Made by a program: the position numbers and the translations under genes
DNA from: Octopus bimaculoides
Taxonomy: Eukaryota
Length of the DNA: 64,000 nucleotides
Assembly: GCF_001194135.2 (NCBI RefSeq)
Contig: NC_068984.1
Location: 66,635,136-66,699,135, forward strand
Direction of reading: 5' to 3'
The notes under the pieces: model-generated
Databases searched by the model: none
Seen by the model: only the letters and a program-made list of their open reading frames with translations
What the model was told of the DNA's origin: nothing
Part shown: positions 54,745 to 64,000 of the stretch, in pieces
Layout: the number at the start of each line of letters is the position of its first letter
Position numbering within the stretch: the first letter of the stretch is position 1

Positions 54745-55369
54745 GTATGTATGTGTTTGTGAGTGGTCATGCCCAAATACATGTCTTTTTAATAAAATAA
54801 AATAAGACAAAAAAAAAATGAAACAAAAAAGTTCAAGATCAATTACAACTTTGAGATTAAGCTTCAGGCTAGAATCTCAATGGTGATTTTCAATGCCATT
54901 GACTAATTTTATTCACACTTAATTTCAATCATTGCTGACTAATCTATTAAGTGAAGCTTCTTCAGAATCATGTGGCAGTAATGGAAGTTAAACAATTAGT
55001 TCATTCTCTATCAATTAAACACATCTTTACTGATAACTGCTATTTTTATCAGAAATGGAGTTGAAGAAAAATTTTTGGCCCGCTACCTGTGAAAGCTATT
55101 ATGCTGATTTGACGATAAGTTTCCTAAATTAATTACAGTTACTAAATAGTTCCCAAGATAGAACATTTCTTCCAGACTATAGTTAGAATAAAGAAGCTTG
55201 AAGATAACGTTCTTGTTTGTAGATAAAACAAATTTTGTGATTTCAAACTTTTGACAATGTTACATTAAGCTAGGTGCCATTGTCGCCACTGTTGTCGTCA
55301 TCATTGTCATTGTCGTCATCGTCGTCCTTGTCCTCCTCCTTCTCTTCCTCCTACTCCTCCACTTTATCA

Positions 55370-55830
55370 GCATCATCATCATGTTAGTATCCACATGGAG
55401 TGGTCTGACTGAATTTGTTGTGGCAGATTTTCTATGTCTGGATACCCTTCCTGTTTCCAATTCTCACTGGTTTCCAGGCAAAATAATATTTCTTCATAGC
55501 TGGACACATTTTCACAATAGACTGGAATAGACAGACTCTATGTGTATGATGGTGATTCTTGTATATAACTATCCTGTGATGGCAAGATGTACTAACAAAC
55601 ATAACACATAAATATATACACAAACGCGCACACACACACACACACAAGCACACACAAGTGCACACATACATATATATACCATGGGCTTCTTTCAATTTCC
55701 ATCTGCCTAATCCACTCACAAGACTGCAGTTGGCCCTAGGCTGTAGTAGAAAATGTATGCCCAATGTGCTTTTCAGTGGGACTGAACCCAAAACCATTGC
55801 AGTTGGTAAGTGACATTCTTATCCTCACAG
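55370..55830 (-). mobile_element. SINE with family A head but an RTE-like (GAT)n tail
   Basis: Minus: GGGTTCAGTCCCACTG head, GT microsatellite, different body, GGAAGGGTATCCAGACATAGAAAATCTGCC...ATGATGATG tail. Confidence 0.75.
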
Positions 55831-55869
55831 CCTTGCCTATGTCTCTATGTCGATATTTCTGCAAAGTCT

Positions 55870-56090
55870 AAGGCAGTAAGCTGGCAGAATCATTAATATG
55901 CTGGGCAAAATGCCAAGCATTTCATCCATCTTTACATTCTGAGTTCACATTTCACGAAGGTTGACTTTGCCTTTCATCCCTTTGGGGTTGATAAAATAAG
56001 TATCAGTTGAGTAGTGGGAGGTGGGTCAATGTAATCAACTTACCCCATCACCTGAAATTCCTGTCCTCATGCCAAAATTTAAAACCAATA
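55870..56090 (+). mobile_element. Family B SINE
   Basis: AAGGCAGTAAGCTGGCAGAATC...GTTGACTTTGCCTTTCATCCC. Confidence 0.8.
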
Positions 56091-56140
56091 TTTCTGAAAA
56101 ATCTGTTGCTCTAACAACATTTTTGGGGAATATTATCATA

Positions 56141-56685
56141 TATATAGGATGCATTGGTTGAATTGTCACCATTTTATATTTTTAATTTCTTGCATGCACA
56201 TTGTTTGTTTTTGATTTTGTTGACCACACAGTATAGTAGAATCAGTTGGGCAACATCTGTGAGAAAAACAGCACCATAGTGCTATTTACTCTACCAAAAA
56301 TTTGGAAATGACATGCTGTACTGCTTCACTCATGCTGGAAGTTCCAATACAAGCATTTCAGAGTGTTTGGGTGTCAATCTGACAACAGTGTAATGTGAGG
56401 ATATGTATTGAGAATTATAAAAATCAAACATCCAGTCAACATCATGGTGTTTGGAGTAATCACTAGTGATGGTGACGTTATGCCTTCATTCATTTCCTCA
56501 TATGGTCTCACACTCAACATGGAGGCCTACATCAAGTGCCTGGATGAGATAGTGTTGCTGGAATATCTCTGGCAACAGGACTCTGCACCATGTCACACAA
56601 GGAGGAGAATACAGTCATTTCTGCAGCCACATCGCATCTAGCATCTGGCCACCTAACTCCCCATACCACAACCCTCTTGACTCAG
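56141..56685 (+). mobile_element. Internally deleted Tc1/mariner (DDD, maT-like) transposon remnant
   Basis: HAGSSNTSISECLGVNLTTV (HTH-like); KHPVNIMVFGVITSDGDVMPSF...AYIKCLDE..WQQDSAPCH; IWPPNSPYHNPLD. Confidence 0.88.
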
Positions 56686-57622
56686 AGAGTAATGGGTATA
56701 GTAATGGATAGTATTTCAACCTCCTATTGGTAGGAATTCAACCTCCTTCTCATCATTCCATATCCTATTAAAACTTGTCTGGTTCCTTCCTACCATTTGT
56801 TCTTCATGCTGTGCCAAATAATAGCAATACTGTAAACCTGTTCTTCTATGTTTCCCTCAAAAACTTAAGAGCAGTGTCTTGTAAAAATACTGACACTCAA
56901 ACAGAAGAATAATATGATTTCTTGAAGATAACATTGTCAAGGTTTCAGGTAATTAAAGTAAAGAAAACAGCATCATGATACATTGTTTCCAGTGTGAACT
57001 TCTGTAGGACAAATATACTTACATCACTGAATACCTGCGAAACAACCCTATTGCTAGATTCTAAGTTCAGGATTTCAAATTTTGGCTATGTTACCTTAAG
57101 TAAGGCATCTTACCTTATGTATTTCAGTGTCGCTGTTTGTACAAATACCTATTCTGTTAACACCTTTTGGTAATGATTTGATGATAAAATTCCTAAATTC
57201 ATTAGAAGTTGTTCTTTACTTTAATTACCTGAAACTTTGACAATATTATCTTTAAAAAATCATATTATTCCATGTGTCTGAGTGTCAGTACTTCTACAAG
57301 GCATTGCTCTTATGTTTTTTGAGGGAAATAAAATCATATCTATAAAAGGACAGGTTTGCAGTATTGCTATTAATACAAGGTAATAGGTCCCTAAGCACTT
57401 GAAGAACCTACCAAATAAAGCTCTTTTGCAGGTATTCCCTGTTGCAAGTATATTTGTCCTACAGAAGTTCACACTGGAAACAATGCTATCTTTCTGACTC
57501 TCTCTGTAGTAAAATTAGATTATTCAAAGTCAAACTGATGAATTGTAGGGCTCACCTCGCAATCCACATTGTACAGCATGCATACATACACAGATACACA
57601 TAATATATATTTGTCAGTATGG

Positions 57623-57664
<42 letters not shown>

Positions 57665-57779
57665 GTGAGTTTGGAGAGATATATCATCTGGGTGGATACC
57701 GTGGTGGCTCTCAGTTATGTTCCAGGTTACAGCTAATTGCATCGATCAGTATTTAATGTCTAAATTATCTGGAGTATAT

Positions 57780-58105
57780 ATAAGAAATAATCATAATGAT
57801 ATAAAAAGACGGAGACTTGTTCATCCTCAAAATTTGTTTCTTCTTATTTTACAATATTATACAGCATATTTTTATGGTCTTTATGACTTACACATGTTTC
57901 CACTGCACAGATTTGAAACTAGCCAAACGAAGAATCTGCATTAAAAATCGTGTCAGATTGCATTTGCAACTGCTCATAATCTATGCAGTGGAAGCATGTG
58001 TAGGTCATAAAGAGCATAAAAAAATGGTGTATGAAATTGTAAAATAAGAGGAAATAAATTTTGAGGATAAGCAGGTTTCCATTTTCTGTATTTTTAAAAT
58101 TATTG

Positions 58106-58110
<5 letters not shown>
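57780..58110. mobile_element. ~330-bp fold-back element (MITE-like) between TA repeats
   Basis: 57780-57938 is the reverse complement of 57954-58110 (~80% by eye), 15-nt loop; TATATA-TAAG...CTTA-TATATA ends. Confidence 0.75.
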
Positions 58111-58157
<47 letters not shown>

Positions 58158-58169
58158 CACACACAAGTA

Positions 58170-58310
58170 TGTCAATTCTTCCCTTTCTGTCTATCAAATC
58201 CACTCACCAGTCTTAGATTGGCTTGGGTGTCAAAGTGCCAAGCAGTGGGACTGAACCCACAAGTATGTAGTTGGGAAACATACTTCTTAACCATACAGCC
58301 ATGCCTGCAT
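58170..58310 (-). mobile_element. Family A SINE 5' half
   Basis: GTGGGACTGAACCC...CCATACAGCCATGCCTGCA. Confidence 0.75.
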
Positions 58311-58962
58311 CTGTTATATGCCTCTATGTGTGTGTGTGTGTTTGTTTATGTATGAAAATGGAGAGAGAGGGGTGTTAAGAAAAGGAATAATAAATGTAAG
58401 ATTCTAATTTACATTGAATCTATTGCTCTTGCTTCAATGTGGATTATGTGTCCATCATTGATCATATATCCATGAAGCCAGAAAAGGGAAAGCCTTCCTT
58501 TTATTTTCTAAGTAACAAGCTGTACGCTTCAGTGTTGGTAAAGCTTCAGTTCATTCATAGCATTTATTAAGAAAGTAACCTTCTCTAAGCGATTTATTCA
58601 CAGCCTGTTTGTAAAATCGTTGCTAAAGCTGAAAAGTAGTTGAAATTGGTTAATATCTTAAAAGTATAATATGACAGGCTTTTAGCTAACCAACTGATCA
58701 GTTATTATTGAAATTCATTAATCCTCAGAGACCAAACAATAATAAGAGATGACTTAAGGAAGCTGAATGCATTTCATTCTTATTCTTACTTTAAGTGTTG
58801 AGGACACTGTCATTCTTACTGCTGAATACAAAATTACCAGTGTATACTAGAAAACTAATAGAGAATGTTACATTGATTGCATGTAGGTGTGAATTTAGAA
58901 ATGAAATATATAGAACCATTGATTAACTTAAATCTATATTTCTCTCTCTCTATGTGTATATA

Positions 58963-59029
<67 letters not shown>

Positions 59030-59030
<1 letters not shown>

Positions 59031-59267
59031 AGGTGCGAGGGGTATTTGAGGACATTTCATTTTTAGTTCATTACGCTTTCAAATTATTTAATGCATCATT
59101 TTTTTTCTTTCATGTAACCCTTTCAAGATATCATGCTAAATCAAGAAATGAAAAGACATGCAGTCATAGTTGCTATACATGCAAACCACAGTGATTTAGA
59201 AATTAGCAACTTTCTAAATGTTGTAAGATCATTTGTACAGAAACTTCAGTTGGAATTGGAGGCATGT
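59030..59267 (+). mobile_element. Tc1/mariner 5' end with N-terminal HTH remnant
   Basis: MLNQEMKRHAVIVAIHANHSDLEISNFLNVVRSFVQKLQLELEACG from ATG 59133; breaks off at the PLE piece. Confidence 0.75.
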
Positions 59268-59630
59268 GGCCTACAACCTCCCTTTAAATTGGAAGGAGAA
59301 GCTGTGCATAGCAGAATGGATGAGGATATTAAAGAACTCCCTTGACCTGGGGAACATCTTAAATTCTAAGGCAGAAGTTTTTGTACCTTCATTACATTTC
59401 AGGTGATTCCTACTGCGATCCTGGGACCCACAAGCTGAGAGAGTGAATTCCAGAGAGTGGTCTAAGGGAGTCAATCCCTTGTGCATGACCTTTATGTGTT
59501 AGATAACTAGCCACAAGCCTTTTTCTCCCTTCAATTTAAAGAAGGGTTATAGGTCACCAGCCATTAGGTTCTGGTGAGACATGTGAAAAGCTAAGCACTT
59601 TATGGATGCGAAACCCTGAGTAACCTTATG
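59268..59630 (+). mobile_element. PLE 3' end: short inverted UTR copy, GIY-YIG C-terminus, 3' UTR, HHR
   Basis: 59299-59420 KLCIAEWMRILKNSLDLGNILNSKAEVFVPSLHFR*FLLRSW aligns with the 9-kb arms; 59268-59300 is an inverted copy of 59523-59555. Confidence 0.78.
59562..59630 (+). ncRNA. Decayed hammerhead motif (HHR-3)
   Basis: CATTAGGTT-CTGGTGA-G...AAAG-CTAAGCA-CTTTATGGATGC-GAAAC-CCTGA-GTA-ACCTTATG; A->G change in CUGA. Confidence 0.65.
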
Positions 59631-59755
59631 CACTGGCTATAACTAACATTCTCTCTCTCTCTTTTTCTCTCCCTCTCTGTATATACATCACAATAAGAAG
59701 TACACTCTTCAGAATAGAACAGTAAGTATTAAAACATAAAGTTTAAATTATGGTT

Positions 59756-59820
59756 ATAGAGTGACCAATGGTTTTGTATCCATGAAAGCTGCAGCCTTGT
59801 GGACAGCTCATCAGACTATA
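59756..59820 (-). ncRNA. Hammerhead motif (HHR-1), within a solo PLE 3' fragment ~59720-59830
   Basis: Minus TATAGT-CTGATGA-GCTGTCCACAAGGC-TGCA-GCTTTCATGGATAC-AAAAC-CATTG-GTC-ACTCTAT; flank TTTGTCTTTGTATAG shared with the 8.7-kb arm. Confidence 0.82.
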
Positions 59821-60023
59821 CAAAGACAAATATCTGAGCTAATATATCAATGTTAATTTCTTGCAGGTTAAATTAACAAATTAACGAATAGAATTTATTA
59901 AACAATGGATAACTGCTATAAAAACACCATATCTATAATTTAGATTCTGTACAAATTATTTGTAGCTGGCATTGTATTGGTCTTATGCATTCTCACTCTG
60001 CCAAATCTTGTATTAAGAATAAT

Positions 60024-60245
60024 AGCATTCAGATTACTCCTGACAAATGTAATACTTATTAATTCACATTGTTTTGAATTAACTTTGCTTTATCTTGTAG
60101 TTTTGAGACTTCAGTAACATGATTATTTATTTATCTTTAGAATGACATTGTATGGTGCATGTGAGAAGCTGAATGTGGCCGATTTGAACATGAAATAGGT
60201 AGAATATTTTCACCAGATATGGTCAGTTTAAATGCTAAAGGGCTA
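60024..60245 (+). mobile_element. MITE, same family as 42321-42545
   Basis: Co-linear; ends AAATGCTAAAGGGCTA. Confidence 0.65.
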
Positions 60246-60247
60246 AA

Positions 60248-60600
60248 GCAGTGAAGGTTGCAAGCAAGCAAAATCATTTCTTCTGTCTTTACATTCTGAA
60301 TTTAAATGTCACAGGGTTGATTTTATCTTTCTTTCTTTCATGGTCAATAAAATAAATACCAACTGAGTATTGGAGCCAGTGTAGTCAACTAGACTCATCC
60401 CACCAAATTTACCTATACAAAGACAAAATCCTTTTTGGTGTTGGCTCTGGCTCTTTGCATCCTGAGTTCAAATCTTGCCAAGGTAAACTTTGTCCTTCAA
60501 CCTCCCTAGGTGAATAACATAAAGTACCAGCTATTGATATAGTCAACTAACCTCTCCCTGCAAAATTACTGGCTCCCTTTCATAGAGATGATTGTTGTTG

Positions 60601-60691
<91 letters not shown>

Positions 60692-60897
60692 AGCAGTGAG
60701 TTGGCAAAATCATTAGCCCACTGACAAAATGCTGAGTGGCATTTTTACTGCTTGAGTTTTCAGTTCAAATTCAGCCAGGGTTGACTTTGCTTTTCACCCT
60801 TTCAGGGCTGATGAAATAACTATCAGTTAAGCCCTGGGGCTGATGTAATTAACTAGCCCAACACCACTCCAAAAAAAATCTCTAGCCTTGTGACTAT
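60248..60897 (+). mobile_element. Three head-to-tail family B SINE copies with an (ATT)n tract
   Basis: G(A/G)TTGA.TTT...AAATAA.TA.CA units at ~60248, 60440, 60690; (GTT)(ATT)n at 60590-60690. Confidence 0.75.
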
Positions 60898-61229
60898 AAT
60901 AGAATGATTGTGTATAGTATGTTGGTCCTATAATAGAATAATTGTGTTTTGTAACCAGTTTGAGTTATGCTATTGAAATGAAAGAGCAACATGTAGTCTA
61001 TACTTAGTAGGGTTATTTTTTGGTGTGGTAAGTTTTTTCTTTTAAATTTTAGTCTGTTTTTTCTAACTATATCTAATGATGCAATTAGTATTGGTATTAT
61101 TTCCACTCTCATACAATATCTTCATAGTTCCCTTTTAAGAGCCTAGTACTTTGAGGATGAAAGAGAAGATAAAGCTCTTTCATGTGTCTAATAGACACAT
61201 CGGGCCACTTCCACAGATTCTCTGGCATA

Positions 61230-61435
61230 TAAACTCCCTCCACTCTATCCCATCCCCACCCTGGAAAGGATGCTGGACCAGCACAGGAATACTCACTTTT
61301 GTCAGCTGATTAGACTGGAGCAATGTGAAATGAAGTGTTTTGCTCAAGAACAGAATGTATTGCCCGGTCCAGGAATTGGAGACCACAATCTTACAATCAT
61401 GAATCCAACACCTTAATCACTAAATCATGTACCTT
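61230..61435 (-). mobile_element. Family F SINE 5' part
   Basis: CTGGAGCAATGTGAAATGAAGTGTTTTGCTCAAGAACA is the reverse complement of the 24.5-kb body. Confidence 0.7.
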
Positions 61436-62069
61436 CCTAGAAGTTTGATAGTTTCTTGATTTACTTCTAGGGGATGTTTTGACCAGGAGTGATCAAATAT
61501 CTATCATAACACAGAAATGTTCAACCTTTCCTTGATAATTACATCTGGAAGTTTTGATTTGATCTCCTTATCCATCTGGACATGCCTGTTTCAGATGACC
61601 ACGGCCAACTTGTTGTGTACTATGTTTGATACACGTTTATACCTTTTTTTCCTTCTTTTTTTTTTATCCATTTTCATGACAAAATGTTAGCTAGCATATT
61701 AGCCAGTGGAGATAGCTGCTGACTAGATCATATCTGCAGGTATACTTGGATTTGTAAAGGACTGGGAAACCAGGAAAAATGTGGTCAGTTACCTCATTGC
61801 ACTGAATTCTTAATTTTCACTTAATGTTACGATAGCTGTAGCAATGTTATAGCAAAGGGGTCTCACCATCCTGAGAGGTGGGGAAGGCACCTATGGTCTC
61901 CAGGGTGGCAATGTCACCTTAATTTACAGATATGACAGGTCAATGGAAATTGACCTTCCCTTGATCAGCATCACTCTATCTTGTTATGCTTCTGGCAAGC
62001 AATGGAGATTCTATGTAATTGCTTGACTTGGTAAAGATAGCAGCCAAATTTCCTAAACTCATACTCTAC

Positions 62070-62483
62070 TCTGGCTCCCATACTGGTGGCACATAAAATG
62101 CACTATCCAAACGTGTTCGATGCCAGGGCCACCTGACTGGCTCCTGTGCCGGTAGTACATAAAAAGCACCATCCAAATGTGGCTAATGCCAGTGCCCTCT
62201 GACTGGCTCCCATGCTGGTGGCACATAAAAAGCACTATCCGAATGTGATCGATGCCAGGCTCACCTAACTGGCTCCTGTGCTGGTGGCATGTAAAAAGCA
62301 CCCACTACACTCTTGGAATGTTTGGTGTTAGGAAGGGCATCTAGCTGTAGAAACATTGCCAGATCAGATTGGAGCCTGGTGCAGCTGCTGACTCTCCAGA
62401 CTTCAGTCAAACCGTCCAACCCATGCCAACATCTTCATCATCGTTTAACATCCATTTGGATGTTAAACGATGATGATGATGAT
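62070..62483 (+). mobile_element. RTE-type 3' UTR with exact 66-bp tandem units
   Basis: Unit starts at 62085, 62151, 62217, 62283; standard tail with a local duplication of AACATC...GTTAAAC. Confidence 0.82.
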
Positions 62484-62934
62484 AAACCTACTGAGTATAA
62501 AAAAAGGACCAGCAGTCACTGTGGGTAAACATTTAATCCTAAATCAGTATAATCACAGCTAATCTGGTGGCAAATGTGAAGATGTCAAAAGAAGCAACTC
62601 TATACAGTGAGCAGGAAATGGTTAATCCAATAGAAGGAGTTAAAATTTTGGTGATAATGATGGACTTAATGAAAATTAATTCTGTTATACTTGAATAATA
62701 AAATGTCAACACTAAAATTTTCTTTGCATCGAAGATTAAAAATTAAAACTTTAATCCTTGATTAAATATGATATCTCCATACTGTTGGGAATAATTGTTC
62801 ATTACATGACGGTAATTAAAGCACAACTTGAAATTAGACTTGGTTTCTTCACAAGCCAATAAAAGAATCTCTAGAGGCCACTTGACATGCTAAAAATAGC
62901 AGCAAAATCACTCAAAGTACACTCTACTATTTTA

Positions 62935-62965
62935 AATGTGTCCTTATTTTAAATAAGGACACATT
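62935..62965. repeat. Perfect 15-bp inverted repeat with 1-nt spacer
   Basis: AATGTGTCCTTATTT-T-AAATAAGGACACATT. Confidence 0.93.
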
Positions 62966-63117
62966 AGATAATGTAGTTCAACATATCCCTAAACTAACAG
63001 AAAGGTCCTTACTAGAGTACCATTGATGATAAGTTTTCAGCATGGGTCTGCTGAATCAGGGTTGATAACAACCAAGTTGTTTGGTAATTTGTTATTCTTG
63101 TAAATATCGTGTTTTTT

Positions 63118-63330
63118 TTACTTGTTTCAGTCATTCGATTCTGGCCATTCTGAAGCATTGCCTTAAAGGGTTTCAGTCAAACAAATTGACCCCAGGACTT
63201 ATTTGTTTTTTAAGCTTGGTACTTATTTTATCTGTTTTTCTTTGCTGAACTGCTACATTATGGAGACATAAGCACACCAACACTAGTTGTCAAGTGGTGG
63301 TGGGGGCAAACACAGACACAAAGCCATACT
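63118..63330 (-). mobile_element. Family A SINE 3' half
   Basis: TTACTTGTTTCAGTCATT...ACAAATTGACCCCAGGACTT...GGCAAACACAGACAC. Confidence 0.8.
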
Positions 63331-63364
63331 CAATTATGCATACATATATATATATAAATATGTG

Positions 63365-63396
<32 letters not shown>

Positions 63397-64000
63397 CTGA
63401 TGCTTATATGATGTATGAAAGAAGCATATAGACAGAAAGTTGTGAGTTTACACTTCCATGGAAATGACTTCATGTTATTATTTCATATCATCTTCTCTTA
63501 CCATAATTCTCATCTCAAGTTTAACATGATTACTCTAGTAACAAACATGACAATGGATATTTAAAAAAAGAACTCTGTTTACCTTAAATCCCTAGCATTT
63601 CAAATTACAACGAAAGAAACAGCAAAAATCCAGGCAAAGTTTAATTTCTTTTAAATTCTCTCCTTATTGGAATTAAGTTTCTTGTTAGATGTGGTTCTTT
63701 GTGTCTAAACCTTACAAATATGTACTTCTATTTTTGATATATGGTCATTTTTATGCCAGTCATTATTGTGGTCTAGAAACAGATGGGATTATTTTACTAG
63801 TTTATAATCCACTCAGGCACCCTAAAAGAAATAATTTTAAAAATGAGTGAGATTGAAAAGCTAAATGATTATGAGTTTGCAATCAACAGATTTTGGACAA
63901 AGAATCTATTTTTACAAAGAACCAAAATTGAATCCACTTGACCACTCGCTAAAATATTAATATTTTTTTTTTTGTCTTCATTGCTTTCCTTTTAGCTATT

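Noticed and set aside
55097-55120. TATTATGCTGAT resembling miR-1993, and TGACTAGATC at ~61720 resembling miR-279
   Set aside because: Matches of only 10-12 nt with no complementary star arm

Overview
AT-rich, microsatellite-dense eukaryotic genomic DNA with five N-gaps. The tRNA-headed SINE families and overall repeat landscape suggest an octopus (coleoid cephalopod) short-read assembly; this is an inference. I cannot support any host protein-coding gene. Almost all listed ORFs are microsatellite or gap artefacts, and every ORF with recognisable protein motifs is a decayed transposon: GIY-YIG C-termini of Penelope-like elements (PLEs), a CR1-like RT with YADD, RTE 3' ends, a triple-C2H2 LINE tail, two Tc1/mariner pieces and a Chapaev-like transposase start. 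The main result is a set of hammerhead-ribozyme (HHR) motifs that the ORF track does not show: seven clear-to-decayed copies plus one weak candidate, in at least three sequence families. Four sit in two long head-to-head palindromes. One palindrome (8621-9500) pairs GIY-YIG 3' ends with HHRs, the known PLE architecture. The other (16085-16629) pairs a tRNA-type B-box head, an (AAT)n tract and a minimal dimer-type HHR with no coding sequence, and is a candidate Pol III, ribozyme-bearing, PLE-mobilised SINE. Also noted: a third fold-back element (57780-58110), a heat-shock-element array upstream of a transposase ATG, a 155-bp solo-LTR-like insert, and a 66-bp expandable unit in RTE 3' UTRs. Coordinates were read by eye and may be off by a few bases; repeat family names were not checked against any database.
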